A stretch of DNA of 61,201 nt, the filler included. It is 4 parts of 4 records of this genome, joined end to end, with 100 filler letters (N's around TTAATTAATTAA, not from the genome) between each part and the next. Parts side by side here need not be neighbours in the genome. Positions count along the whole stretch, not along the records: positions 1 to 20,625 come from SRR31156797_5916; 3 more parts are not named here. The stretch is one strand, 5' to 3'. Made by a program: the position numbers and the translations under genes. The notes beneath the pieces are model-generated. The model was given only the letters and a program-made list of their open reading frames with translations. It was not told the origin of the DNA and ran no database searches. Numbering within the stretch: the stretch's first letter is position 1; every line of letters begins with the position of its first letter. Below, piece after piece: positions 1 through 10,531 of this stretch.

Positions 1-75
1 CTGAATTTGTTTTTTCAGGTCCAGACAGGTTTGTTCATCACTAACCAAAAGATGGCGGGCAGATGCTTTTGCCAT
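1..75 (-). CDS. ppiC: Parvulin-type peptidyl-prolyl isomerase, 5' part only (runs off window start)
   Basis: Not in the ORF track. Manual translation from ATG at 75 gives MAKASARHLLVSDEQTCLDLKKQIQ, the parvulin N-terminal ASARHxLV signature. AGGAG RBS upstream. Confidence 0.8.
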   Translation of the reverse strand, partial: MAKASARHLLVSDEQTCLDLKKQIQ

Positions 76-211
76 GTGTGTGCTCCTGTAAGCTTGAATA
101 CAATAATTTTAATAAACCATGTGGTCTTGCCGTTGCGATTTTGTGCGTCGCAAAAAATGACCTTGCATGAATACGCGAGGACTGCAAGGTGAAATACTGC
201 ACCAAAATTAT

Positions 212-1717
212 CTACATGTCTTCCAGATCAATGCGCTCCGCCAATTCAACCAGCGTACGCACACCGAATCCGGTTCCCCCGGCTGATCCGGCAGGCGTCT
301 TTTTCTTGCGCCATGCCGGTCCGGCAATATCGAGGTGCGCCCACGGGGTATCTTCGGGTACAAATTCCTTGAGGAACATCCCGGCATGGATGGTCATGCC
401 CTCACGGGAACCGACATTCTTAAGATCGGCGACTTCACTCTTAAGTTCTTCCTTATAAATATCCCAGAGCGGCATAGGCCAGAACCTTTCCCCTACCCGC
501 TTACCTGACTCAAGGACCAACTCCTGCATCATGGGGGAATTATCCATTACCGCAGCCACATTCCAACCAAAAGCCACAATGCAGCCCCCGGTCAAAGTGG
601 CAACATCAACTATCGCGGCAGGCTCATACTGAGCGGAATAGGCAAGGGCATCACAAAGCAGCAGGCGGCCCTCGGCATCGGTATTTAAAATTTCAATAGT
701 CTTGCCGGAAAATGAAGTGATCACCTCGCCCGGACGGGTGGAATTGGCATCAGGCATATTATCGGCGCAAGGCAGGATACCCACAACGGGCAGATCCGGC
801 TTGATTTCGCCTATGGCCTGAAAAAAGCCAAGGATAGCGGCTGCTCCGGCCATGTCACATTTCATATCTTCGATAAACCCGGTGGGTTTGAGAGAAATCC
901 CCCCGGTATCAAAGGTCACACCTTTACCCACCAGCACCAGCGGCTTCTCTCCTTCGCGATCCTTGGGGCAATATTCAAGGGTAATCATCCGCGGCTCGTC
1001 GGTTGACCCCTTAAAAACAGAAGCATAAGCGCCCATACCCTTATCGATGATTTCCTTGCGCTTCATGGCCTTGAACTTGAAGCCGTGCTTCTTGGCCATC
1101 TTCTTGGCTTCATCAGCAAGATAGACCGGAGTTGCAACATTGGACGGCAGATTGACCAGATCACGGGCATAGCCCATTCCCAACCCCACGGCCTGACCTT
1201 TAGCGAGCATTTCAGCCAAATGAACCGGAGGTTCTTCTTCACTCAGGAAACGCACCGTTTCCGGCAGCTCTTTCTTTTCATCCTTTTTGCTCTTGAATTC
1301 ATCAAAAGAATATAACCCTTCGATGGCAGCAACCACAAAATGCTCAAGCTTATCCTCAAGAACTATCCCTTCAAAAGCCGCAAGCGGTACACCCACAGTA
1401 CGGAATTTCAATTCCCGGCATTTCTGGAAAGCGGAACTTACCGCTTGCAAGAATTTATCAACCTCGAATTTATCTTCCTCACCAAGTCCGACCAGCAGCA
1501 CCCGCTGCACGGATGAACCGGAACCGTAAATAACAGTAGAGCTTCCCAGTTCCCCGGAAAAATCTCCCAAAGCAGGAGATCCGGCAACCCAGTCGGCATC
1601 AGATGCCATCCATGAGGAAAAACCGGGAAGATGCTCCTCAGATTCCTTGAAAGCAAAAAAGATAACCGCGTCCGCAGACCATGCGGAAGCCGGTTCGGTA
1701 ACAATATTAAATTCCAT
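212..1717 (-). CDS. pepA: Leucyl aminopeptidase (M17)
   Basis: GKGVTFDTGG, DMKCDMAGAA and NTDAEGRL motifs. Start moved to ATG 1717, which has a GGAG RBS. Confidence 0.95.
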   Translation of the reverse strand: MEFNIVTEPASAWSADAVIFFAFKESEEHLPGFSSWMASDADWVAGSPALGDFSGELGSSTVIYGSGSSVQRVLLVGLGEEDKFEVDKFLQAVSSAFQKCRELKFRTVGVPLAAFEGIVLEDKLEHFVVAAIEGLYSFDEFKSKKDEKKELPETVRFLSEEEPPVHLAEMLAKGQAVGLGMGYARDLVNLPSNVATPVYLADEAKKMAKKHGFKFKAMKRKEIIDKGMGAYASVFKGSTDEPRMITLEYCPKDREGEKPLVLVGKGVTFDTGGISLKPTGFIEDMKCDMAGAAAILGFFQAIGEIKPDLPVVGILPCADNMPDANSTRPGEVITSFSGKTIEILNTDAEGRLLLCDALAYSAQYEPAAIVDVATLTGGCIVAFGWNVAAVMDNSPMMQELVLESGKRVGERFWPMPLWDIYKEELKSEVADLKNVGSREGMTIHAGMFLKEFVPEDTPWAHLDIAGPAWRKKKTPAGSAGGTGFGVRTLVELAERIDLEDM

Positions 1718-1752
1718 AAACTGCTCCATATTACTGCGCAGAAAATGCGGCG

Positions 1753-2883
1753 TTATTTAGGGTGAATCTGTTCCACAAAGGAAAAAGTTCCGTTCTGATA
1801 TTCCACGATGTCCACACTTTTCATGGGAACCCTTATCCCTTCGGGATAGTAAAATTCCCCGGTAACACCCTTAAAACCGGCTGTTTTGGATAAAGCCTCA
1901 CGAACCTCTTCCGGCTTGGCTATCCCGGCCTTTTCGATGGCCTGAGCCAACAACATGACAGTATCATAGCCGAGGGCAGCAAACCCTGATTCAGGGCGAA
2001 TACCGAACATACGCTCATAACTGTCGACAAATTCCTGAACCTGCGGATCAGGATTATCCAAAGCCACATGGGTGGCGAAATAGATTGAATGGGCAAATTC
2101 CTGCGGGATATTCAACAGCCCCGGAGTATCAAACCCATCACCGGAGACAATCGGCTGGTCAAACCCGGCCTTGCGGACCGCGCTGACATATTTGGGTGCA
2201 TCCGGAGGAATGGAGGAAATGAAAATCAAATCAGGATTCTTTTCATCGCCCTTGGGCAGGGGATATTTACCCTCTCCGGAACTGTACCAGACCTCATCAA
2301 CAATGGTCCCGCCATATTTGCGGTAACGGCGCTTGAAATATTTGGAAAGAGTTTTGGTGAATTCGTTGGAAATATCAGTGCCCACAAAACAGCGGGAAGT
2401 ATCCAACCTGCGCTTGGCAAATTTAGCAACAGCACGGGACTGCATATTGTCCCCAAAAGCTGTCATGAAAAAATTCTTTCCGTACATGTAGGGAAGATTC
2501 TGCATAGTCGCCCCGGCAGTCATAAAAATGATATCCTTTGCTGTAATAGCCGGGGCAGCAGCCATGACATAATCAGTATCGTTCAGTCCGATCACAGCAA
2601 CCATGTCATCCTGATCGGCCAAGGCCTCGGAAGCCATTGCCGCAGAATCAAGATTTGAACGGCAATCGGAAACCACAAGGCTCAGCTTGCGGCCCATAAT
2701 TCCGCCCCCGGAATTAATGATTACCTTAGCCAGCTCCATGCCGTGCAATCCGGGACGATCAATGGCGGCCATTTCCCCGGTAAGGTTATAGAGCACCCCG
2801 ACCTTGATAATTTTATCCCCGGCAAAAGCTGGAGCGCACAAAAGTATCACGGCAAGCAGGCTGCCCAACAAACGAAAACACAT
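1753..2883 (-). CDS. Periplasmic substrate-binding protein, LivJ/branched-chain amino acid type
   Basis: Signal peptide, IKVGVLYNLTG start, ALGYDTV and FKGVTG motifs. No permease adjacent. Confidence 0.85.
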   Translation of the reverse strand: MCFRLLGSLLAVILLCAPAFAGDKIIKVGVLYNLTGEMAAIDRPGLHGMELAKVIINSGGGIMGRKLSLVVSDCRSNLDSAAMASEALADQDDMVAVIGLNDTDYVMAAAPAITAKDIIFMTAGATMQNLPYMYGKNFFMTAFGDNMQSRAVAKFAKRRLDTSRCFVGTDISNEFTKTLSKYFKRRYRKYGGTIVDEVWYSSGEGKYPLPKGDEKNPDLIFISSIPPDAPKYVSAVRKAGFDQPIVSGDGFDTPGLLNIPQEFAHSIYFATHVALDNPDPQVQEFVDSYERMFGIRPESGFAALGYDTVMLLAQAIEKAGIAKPEEVREALSKTAGFKGVTGEFYYPEGIRVPMKSVDIVEYQNGTFSFVEQIHPK

Positions 2884-2990
2884 ATATCCTCCTTAAAATC
2901 CATCACAATATTAACATTTGATCTTTTCTGATATTTACCCGCAACCGGAAGGCACAGGCAACCTGTATTTTGCTTGTAAACCCAAGATTA

Positions 2991-4466
2991 TCAATCCTGC
3001 TTGCCAAGTTTGGCCTGCTGGGCCTCCAGAAAGCGCTGAAATTTATTTAATTCCGCCTCACGTTTTTGCGGAACAAGAGGAAATTCAGCCTCCTCCCGGT
3101 AACGCTTTTCAGCGATGGACCGGCTTACCGGAATCTCGGCGGTTCCCTGCCACCCGGCATCATCACGGGCCAGCTTGCGGATATAGCTTACTCCCAGAAA
3201 AGCCCGGGTTACACGGCTGTTATCACGCAGTTTACGCATATCCTTGAACTCGGCCTTTGCGGAAACATCACGGACAACTTTATCAAGACAGACCATTTTT
3301 TCCGGCATATGTAACTGCTCAAAAACCGCGGCATGGTTGTTAAGGATATGGCCGCGATCCCCTGCTGTAGCCGGATCAATATAAAATGCATTGTAAAGCC
3401 CGGACTGGTCATAAACTGAAAGATCGCAAGAAAGATCAACACCCACCCCGCAAGTCAGACAGGAAACATCCCGGTGCCGGGGCAGCACATCACGCTTGAA
3501 CCATTCATCGCTATTGACTGGATCGGTGATGGCTTTCTTATTTTCAGGCGCAAACTCACGTACCGGAGAGCGCATCATAGTTCCGGCCATCAGTTCGCTG
3601 GTCTGCATCCATGCGGCCACCCCGAGCACTCCCTTGAAATCCCTGCGCCTGCGCCGGGAAAGCAGAAAAAGACCGCGGTAAAGACGATCCAAAGTTGTTC
3701 CGCCCTCTTCAGTGGACTCAAACATTATATATTCATTGAATCCACCGGAAAGAGTCAGGTTGAAGGGGGTCCGGATCATCACTGATCCGGTATCATTACG
3801 GGGAACAAGAAAATCAGCGAGGTCATGCCCGTCTGTGGGTAACCAGGCCATAGTCCCGCCGATGGTGATCATGGAACCGAGCACCTTCATATAGTCATCC
3901 GGTACTTCACCCAACCCGCCCACACCTATAGAATATTCAGTCTGGGAGAAACCACGGGAAAAAATTCGTGACTCATCTATGCGGGAATGAAAAATATCTG
4001 CAATAGAACCGATAACTTTCAATTCGGAAGGGGAGTTCTCGCCGGGAACAAACCTGAATTTACCAATGGGGGAATCAGCTGTTTCCATGCTCTCCCAGTT
4101 CTCAAGGGCCTGCCGCTCCCAATGAACGGATTGCAAAAATGTCATGGCTTCACTGCGGGTGGTGAAAATATTCAGGGAGCTGATCATACCGGCAGTATCG
4201 AGCACATTACGACAATAAGAGCAGAGAGCACAGATAGCCAAAGCACCGTTACGACGATGCAAAATCTTCATGGTCCGCACAATGGACCGGATACCGGCAC
4301 TGCTAAGATAGCGAACATCAGTCATGTCAAAAGCCATGCAGGCCAGTTCTTCATCTGCAAGGATATTTTTAAGGGTCTTCTCCAGTTCCCCGGCCCCGAA
4401 AGCGTCTATCCTCCCGCCCATGCCGATAACAACTGTATCCCCGTGTCTGCGCACTGTAATTTCCAT
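2991..4466 (-). CDS. STAS (anti-anti-sigma type) domain fused to a large C-terminal domain of unknown function
   Basis: N-terminal GRIDA...DMTDVRYLSSAGIR STAS motif with the phosphorylatable Ser, then about 380 aa not confidently assigned. Confidence 0.8.
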   Translation of the reverse strand: MEITVRRHGDTVVIGMGGRIDAFGAGELEKTLKNILADEELACMAFDMTDVRYLSSAGIRSIVRTMKILHRRNGALAICALCSYCRNVLDTAGMISSLNIFTTRSEAMTFLQSVHWERQALENWESMETADSPIGKFRFVPGENSPSELKVIGSIADIFHSRIDESRIFSRGFSQTEYSIGVGGLGEVPDDYMKVLGSMITIGGTMAWLPTDGHDLADFLVPRNDTGSVMIRTPFNLTLSGGFNEYIMFESTEEGGTTLDRLYRGLFLLSRRRRRDFKGVLGVAAWMQTSELMAGTMMRSPVREFAPENKKAITDPVNSDEWFKRDVLPRHRDVSCLTCGVGVDLSCDLSVYDQSGLYNAFYIDPATAGDRGHILNNHAAVFEQLHMPEKMVCLDKVVRDVSAKAEFKDMRKLRDNSRVTRAFLGVSYIRKLARDDAGWQGTAEIPVSRSIAEKRYREEAEFPLVPQKREAELNKFQRFLEAQQAKLGKQD

Positions 4467-4612
4467 TTACAACTCCTGTTCAACTCCATCAGGAATATGT
4501 TATCAGATTCAAAATCAACATAGGCATAAGCATAGTGGATTGTGAAGTTGCTTCTGGAAAAACTGTACTATTTTTTGCGGCTCTGATAATTATGTCTATA
4601 AGAGGAAGTACC

Positions 4613-5527
4613 ATGAAACGAATCCTGAACAAGTTCATACCTGACACTGAAACCGGTGAGTTCCTGAAGCAGGCACTTGAAGACCGGAACCTGACCATGA
4701 AGGATGTTCTTCACGGATACATGTACATTCGCTGGCCCAAGGCATATATCGGTGCCGCATTGGGTGAGAACAATCTGGCCCCCATCGCGGATTTTTTCAC
4801 CAGTTTGGTTGCTTCTCCCAAGGACAAGAAAAAACGTCAAAAGCTCAAGGACGACTTTGCGCAAAATTATCACGGCAAGGTCATTCCCACCGAAGAAGCC
4901 GTAAAACTGGTCAGGATAAAAAGAGAAGTGCGCACCACCTTGCCGGAACGGGTTCTGCCCTATGAAAAGGCCCGCGACATTATCTTGCAGCACCCTGAGC
5001 ATATAGTGCTCTTTGAATGTCCCTGTCGGGCTTCACGGGAAAATCCCTGCTATCCGCTTGATGTATGTATGATTGTGGGTGAACCTTTTGCTGCCTTTGT
5101 AGCCAAGAATCACCCGGAAAAATCTCGACGAATCACCGAAGACGAAGCTGTACGAATTTTGGAAGCGGAAAATGCACGGGGCCATGTGCACCATGTGTTT
5201 TTCAAGGATGTCATGCTGGGCAGGTTCTACGCTATCTGCAACTGCTGCACCTGCTGCTGCGGAGCCATGGAGGCAATGCGCAACGGAATCCCCATGCTGG
5301 CCCCTTCCGGATATATCGCTGTAGTTGACCCGCACAAATGCATCGGTTGCGGCCAATGTATGGAATACTGCCCCTTCGGGGCTATGCATCTGCGTGACAA
5401 GCGCATGCGCATTGATCCCAAGAAATGCATGGGATGCGGTGTATGCACCAACAAATGCCGCAAAGATGCTCTACACCTTGCGCGCAACAAGAAACACCCT
5501 GAACCTTTGCTGGTCGATAAGCTGTAA
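4613..5527 (+). CDS. 4Fe-4S dicluster / Cys-rich Fe-S protein
   Basis: ECPCR, ICNCCTCCC and two CxxCxxCxxxC ferredoxin motifs. ATG 4613 follows an AGAGGA RBS. Confidence 0.85.
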   Translation: MKRILNKFIPDTETGEFLKQALEDRNLTMKDVLHGYMYIRWPKAYIGAALGENNLAPIADFFTSLVASPKDKKKRQKLKDDFAQNYHGKVIPTEEAVKLVRIKREVRTTLPERVLPYEKARDIILQHPEHIVLFECPCRASRENPCYPLDVCMIVGEPFAAFVAKNHPEKSRRITEDEAVRILEAENARGHVHHVFFKDVMLGRFYAICNCCTCCCGAMEAMRNGIPMLAPSGYIAVVDPHKCIGCGQCMEYCPFGAMHLRDKRMRIDPKKCMGCGVCTNKCRKDALHLARNKKHPEPLLVDKL

Positions 5528-5546
5528 AGAATGAGTTCAGTCTGAA

Positions 5547-6653
5547 TTAACCGTCGGGAAAAGAACGTCTAAGCTCGAGGATATCATCCAAATTCTCAAA
5601 GAACAGATCAGTCAGATGCGGGTCAAATTGCTTTCCCTTGCTCTCTTCAAAATAAGCCCTGATCTTCTCAATGGGCCAAGCCTTTTTGTAAACACGCTCA
5701 CTGCCCAAAGCATCAAAAACATCCACAATACCGATAATTCTTCCGTAAATATGGATATCTTCTCCGGCAAGTTTACGGGGGTACCCTTCGCCATTCCACC
5801 ACTCATGATGCTCATAGGCCACAATTGCAGCAGCCTTGATGATGGGACGTTCGGAATGTTTTAAAATTTCATGTCCTATGGTGGTATGGGTCTTGATAAG
5901 TTCAAATTCTTCGGGAGTAAGTCGTCCGGGCTTGTTGAGCACGGTATCGGGGATGCCGATCTTACCCACATCGTGCATAGGTGATGCAAGACGCAACAGA
6001 TCAGCCTCTTCCTTACCCAAACCGTAACGGCGGGCGAGAATGTATGAAAGTTCCGCCACCCTGCGCACATGATTAGCAGTCTCATTGGAGCGGGTTTCCA
6101 CTACTTCGCCAAGGGTCAGGATCACTTCTTTCTGGGTTTCAATGACCTCATCCTGAATTGACATCAGGGCGTCCTGAGCTTCACGGCGGACTTTAATCTC
6201 ATTACGCAGTGCTTCGGTCCTTTTCTCCACTTCAGCTTCAAGATGCTCTTTATAGCGACGATTTTCCTTGATCAGGGTAGCCCGTTCAAGACCCTGCCCC
6301 AAGGCATGCTCCAGAATATTCAGATCCACGATGGGTTTGGTCACGAAATCCCAAGCCCCCAGCCGAACAGCCTTAATGGCATCCTGAATCAAACCGGCCC
6401 CGGAAACGACAATGATCGGAGTATCTGGGCTTTCTGCTGAAACATTTTGAAGAACCTCAAACCCGTCAACCTTAGGCATATTCAGGTCAACCAGAACAGC
6501 ATCAGGATTATCACGCCTGAAAACTTCCAATCCTTCCTCTCCGTCTCCGGCATCAATGATATTGAAACCGGAGTCGCTCAGATAGTCACTGATTGTTTCT
6601 CTTACAAAATCTTCATCATCAATAACGAGGATAGTTAATTCTGAATTATCCAA
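5547..6653 (-). CDS. Response regulator with HD-GYP (c-di-GMP phosphodiesterase) domain
   Basis: REC domain (IDDE...DLNMP...KP), HDVGKIG and HHEWWNGEGYP motifs. Confidence 0.92.
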   Translation of the reverse strand: MDNSELTILVIDDEDFVRETISDYLSDSGFNIIDAGDGEEGLEVFRRDNPDAVLVDLNMPKVDGFEVLQNVSAESPDTPIIVVSGAGLIQDAIKAVRLGAWDFVTKPIVDLNILEHALGQGLERATLIKENRRYKEHLEAEVEKRTEALRNEIKVRREAQDALMSIQDEVIETQKEVILTLGEVVETRSNETANHVRRVAELSYILARRYGLGKEEADLLRLASPMHDVGKIGIPDTVLNKPGRLTPEEFELIKTHTTIGHEILKHSERPIIKAAAIVAYEHHEWWNGEGYPRKLAGEDIHIYGRIIGIVDVFDALGSERVYKKAWPIEKIRAYFEESKGKQFDPHLTDLFFENLDDILELRRSFPDG

Positions 6654-6773
6654 TGCTTACCTCTGATCATTTTTACTCAGCAATTACAATTTCCACCATC
6701 AGATTACAGACATAGCAAAAAAACAATACATTTAAAACTGTTATTCCATAATTAGATCACACTGGATCAAACC

Positions 6774-6811
6774 AAAAAAAACACCGAAAAGTAGATACTT
6801 TCCGGTGTTTT
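6774..6811 (-). terminator. Intrinsic terminator after the cyclophilin gene
   Basis: AAAACACCG..AAAGT / ACTTT..CGGTGTTTT hairpin followed by a T-run on the minus strand. Confidence 0.7.
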
Positions 6812-6838
6812 AATATCATTCACATACGCTTTGAGTAG

Positions 6839-7348
6839 TTAATCTTCAAAACGCTTCATGGAAATGATGCTGATGGGATCAACCGGAACATCATCCATGG
6901 GACCGTAGGAACCGGTCTTTACTTTCTTGATTTTCTCAACAGCTTCCATACCGTCGACAACTTTACCGAATACGCAGTAGCCCCAGCCCTGCGGGTTCTT
7001 GCCAGTATGGTCGAGGAAGCCGTTGTCCTTCACATTGATGAAGAACTGTGCGGTTGCGGAATGGGGGTCCATGGTGCGAGCCATAGCAAGGGTGCCGAGT
7101 TCGTTTTTGAGGCCATTGTCAGCTTCGTTCTCGACAGGAGCGTTGGTGTCTTTCTGGTTCATGGAGAAGTCGAAACCGCCGCCCTGAATCATAAAATTAT
7201 TGATAACCCTGTGAAAGAGAGTTCCTTCGTAAAAGCCTTCGTCTACGTAACGCAGAAAGTTTTCTACGGTTTTAGGAGCTTCTTTTTCGAAAAGTTCGAT
7301 CAGGACTTCACCTTCAGGTGTTTCCATCAATACCATGGGATTGGACAT
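6839..7348 (-). CDS. ppiB: Cyclophilin-type peptidyl-prolyl isomerase
   Basis: FHRVINNFMIQGGG, LAMART and SATAQFFIN motifs. Confidence 0.93.
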   Translation of the reverse strand: MSNPMVLMETPEGEVLIELFEKEAPKTVENFLRYVDEGFYEGTLFHRVINNFMIQGGGFDFSMNQKDTNAPVENEADNGLKNELGTLAMARTMDPHSATAQFFINVKDNGFLDHTGKNPQGWGYCVFGKVVDGMEAVEKIKKVKTGSYGPMDDVPVDPISIISMKRFED

Positions 7349-7396
7349 ATTTAATTCCTCCGATTTTTTATCTTACCCGCTAAGGGGATTTTTCAT

Positions 7397-8683
7397 CTAC
7401 AATAAAACAAAAAAGTACGCCACTCCGAGCAACATAAGCATCAAGCTGGGAATGACAACCTTTTTCCATGCAGCAACCATATCCACTTTAAAATATTCGC
7501 AGGTCAAGAGAAAACAGATATGCAGAGGAGAAGCCATAATCCCGGAAAAACCGGAAAACATGCACAGCACGGCCCAAGCCGGAAGCTGATCCTGTAATCC
7601 GGAAGCATGTACCAGACCGACCACCAGCGGCATAGCCGCGCCCACAAAAGCCAGAGTAATCCCGGCGATAAAACCGACCAGAAACGGCACAAACACTGCT
7701 GCGGCAATGAGTGCGGCCTCTCCTCCGGCCAGACGGGCCAATTCATCCACAACCCCGCAGGCCCCGAGAATATCCTTGAACACAAACACGCAAACAATCA
7801 TGAAGATCATGTTCAGAAAGCGCTTCTCTACCAACAAAGCCCGAATAATAGCCAGTGAACCGGAATTAGCGAATGCAGAGCAGAAAACAGCAGCCAGCAA
7901 AGCCAGAATAATCCCGATCTCAAATGGGATACCCGGTAAAAGAAAACTCAGAAAAGTCTCAAAAAGAAAGGCTCCGCCAATGGCAACAATAAGCGGTAGA
8001 CCTTCCTTGAGCACAAGCCTGAAATCCCGCCCGTTGGCGCTAACATCGGCTCCATGTCCATTATTTTTCATGGGCAGGACTGAGGGGCGCAAATAAAAAA
8101 AACACCCCAACCCGATGCAGGCAAAAGCCCCGGGAAAAGTGTAACCAATATACTCAAAAATACTCATCCCACACAACGAAGCGGCCAGAATCATACCCGG
8201 ATAAAGAGGCCAAGTCAGTTCCCAGACATGACGAAACCAGTAGTTGATGACCACCTTATCCCGTCCGGAGACATCAAGCCCGTTGGCCGCCTCCTGAATC
8301 ATGGGCGCGGAAAAAATAGCCCCTCCGGGCATAGGCAACAGACCGATAAGTGCCGGGAAAAAGACCAATCGCAAACGGGGGCTTTTCAAGTACCCGGTCA
8401 GGGAATTCATAATTCTGCCAGCCTGACCTGTTTTCTCCAGCAAACCGGACAAAACCATAATCAGGGCCACAATCAAAGCCAAAAAAATAGTCTTCTCATC
8501 CATCAGGGCTGTAACACTGACCTTAAGCACCTCTCCCGATTTCATAGAAGTAAGCAGGGCCAAAACCCCGCCCCCGGCTAGAATGGACGGACCGACACCA
8601 AGTCTGAACCTGATTCCAACCAGCATGCATATAAAAACAAATATAATTTTGAATAACGGCAGAAGATTTTGCAGAAAGTCCAT
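7397..8683 (-). CDS. DUF401-family multi-pass membrane protein (ion-transporter superfamily)
   Basis: Many TM segments, IGLLPMPGGAIFSAP, NYWFRHVWE and SPLHICF motifs. Confidence 0.8.
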   Translation of the reverse strand: MDFLQNLLPLFKIIFVFICMLVGIRFRLGVGPSILAGGGVLALLTSMKSGEVLKVSVTALMDEKTIFLALIVALIMVLSGLLEKTGQAGRIMNSLTGYLKSPRLRLVFFPALIGLLPMPGGAIFSAPMIQEAANGLDVSGRDKVVINYWFRHVWELTWPLYPGMILAASLCGMSIFEYIGYTFPGAFACIGLGCFFYLRPSVLPMKNNGHGADVSANGRDFRLVLKEGLPLIVAIGGAFLFETFLSFLLPGIPFEIGIILALLAAVFCSAFANSGSLAIIRALLVEKRFLNMIFMIVCVFVFKDILGACGVVDELARLAGGEAALIAAAVFVPFLVGFIAGITLAFVGAAMPLVVGLVHASGLQDQLPAWAVLCMFSGFSGIMASPLHICFLLTCEYFKVDMVAAWKKVVIPSLMLMLLGVAYFFVLL

Positions 8684-8813
8684 AGATCACCCCGAACGCA
8701 AAAGAGGATTAACGGCCCGCAACGCGCAAGAAAAGACATCAGCACAGGACACAGGAGGGGGGAGATATTATTCTCCCTAAAATGGAAATACGTTAAAACG
8801 CTTGATTACTCAA

Positions 8814-10529
8814 TCAGGGAATCAAAGCCAGATTCTTACGGGCGATTTTATTATCCGGATCAATCTGCAAGGCCCTGCGCAGCCATTCTTTGGCCGCAGA
8901 GTTGTCCCCGCGCATGTAGTAAAGCAGTCCCATGTTGATCATATGATTGGGCTTCTGCGGTTCAAGTTGCTGAGCCTTGCGAATATCAGCCAATGCGGCT
9001 TCGAACTCGCCCTGTTGCATGTAGACAATGCCCCGGTTGCCGAGAGCAGTGGCGTAATCCGGATTGATCTGCAAAGCACGCTGATAAAGATCCAAAGCGG
9101 TATAGGGATCACCCTTGCGGCTCAAAACAGAAGCAAGACTGGTCATGGCTTTGTAGTGAGAAGGATCAGCCTTGAATGCAGCCCTGAAATGTTTTGCCGC
9201 CTCGGTAAGATTCTTTTCCCGTTCCAGCAGATTACCGTAATTGTAATGCATATGATGGTTGTTCTCGGTCACAGCCAGTGCACGGATATAGAGGGCTTTA
9301 CTATCCTTCCAGTGTCCTGCCTGGGTGAAGGCCCCGGCCAGCAAAACAGCCACAACAACCGATCCCAGCACAAGAGCTGCCTTTCCGGGCAAATGCCCTT
9401 CACGGACCAACCACGCCACGCCGAAAGCGATGATCATATAAATTCCCATAAAAGGAATGTAGACATAGCGGTCAGCCATGGACTGATCACCCACCTGCAC
9501 CAACCCTATTACCGGAACTAAGGTTCCCAGATACCAGAACCAGCCCACCGCACCGAGAGGAAACTTCTTAATAAAACGGACCGCAACCACAGAGACAGCG
9601 ATAAGAAGCAATGCAGCCAGCGCTGGCTGCCAAATAGGGATTTCATGCGGATAAGGATAAAAGACCGCCAAATTCACCGGAGCAACCAGCTCCCCGAGAT
9701 ACGCGACATATGATACCAGTGCGTTGGATATTCGCAGACTCAAGGGAAAAGATTCCACACTCTGCATAGCTCCGCCACCCTGCTGGGCCATGACGGTCAA
9801 AACAGAAGAAAGCACGGAAAGTCCGAACAGGGGCAGTTTCTCAACAATCAACTTGATCAGCTGTGCCAGTGAATTCTTTGCAAAGTCCACCCGGTTCATA
9901 GGCCAGATATCCAGCAAAACCAAAGCAGCTGGCAGGGTAACCACCATGGGCTTGGCCAGAATGCCCAGCCCGGTAAAGAAAAAGGTAAGTCCGTAGGAAC
10001 CCATATTTCTTTCTTTGACCCAGCCCAGCCAGCTGTGCATAGCACTGAGCCAGAAAAATGTGGAAAGCACATCCTTGCGCTCTGCAACCCAGGCCACGGA
10101 TTCCACATGCACCGGATGAACGGCAAAGAGGGCCGCTACAAAAAATGACGGAATCAGCCCGTCTTTATCAAATCCCCTCGTTGCTTTGAGCAAAAAGAAG
10201 AAAAGCAGCAACACATTACAGAGATGAAAAAAAACATTAACCAGATGGCGAGCCCCTGCGGAATCCCCGAACAGAGTTGTATCGAGCATGTGCGAAACCA
10301 CGGTCAGCGGGTGGTAGTTGGAAAGCTGGAAGGTACTGAAAGCCCAACCGACATTCTCGGTAGAAAGCCCCTGCATAACCCGCTGGTTATTGGTCACGTA
10401 ACTGGTGTCATCATAGGTGACCAGTTCAAAACCGCCACATTGTCCATAAACAATAAGTACCAGCGCGGAAAGGATTGCAGCTGTAATCAACGCTTTCTTC
10501 ATCTCATTTCCAACTTTCGCACCACTCAT
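8814..10529 (-). CDS. TMTC-like GT-C glycosyltransferase with C-terminal TPR repeats
   Basis: YDD in the first loop, YHPL, LFAVHPVHVESVAW, ADRYVY, multiple TM helices, then TPR repeats. Start moved to ATG 10529, just after the GT2 stop. Confidence 0.8.
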   Translation of the reverse strand: MSGAKVGNEMKKALITAAILSALVLIVYGQCGGFELVTYDDTSYVTNNQRVMQGLSTENVGWAFSTFQLSNYHPLTVVSHMLDTTLFGDSAGARHLVNVFFHLCNVLLLFFFLLKATRGFDKDGLIPSFFVAALFAVHPVHVESVAWVAERKDVLSTFFWLSAMHSWLGWVKERNMGSYGLTFFFTGLGILAKPMVVTLPAALVLLDIWPMNRVDFAKNSLAQLIKLIVEKLPLFGLSVLSSVLTVMAQQGGGAMQSVESFPLSLRISNALVSYVAYLGELVAPVNLAVFYPYPHEIPIWQPALAALLLIAVSVVAVRFIKKFPLGAVGWFWYLGTLVPVIGLVQVGDQSMADRYVYIPFMGIYMIIAFGVAWLVREGHLPGKAALVLGSVVVAVLLAGAFTQAGHWKDSKALYIRALAVTENNHHMHYNYGNLLEREKNLTEAAKHFRAAFKADPSHYKAMTSLASVLSRKGDPYTALDLYQRALQINPDYATALGNRGIVYMQQGEFEAALADIRKAQQLEPQKPNHMINMGLLYYMRGDNSAAKEWLRRALQIDPDNKIARKNLALIP

Positions 10530-10531
10530 GA

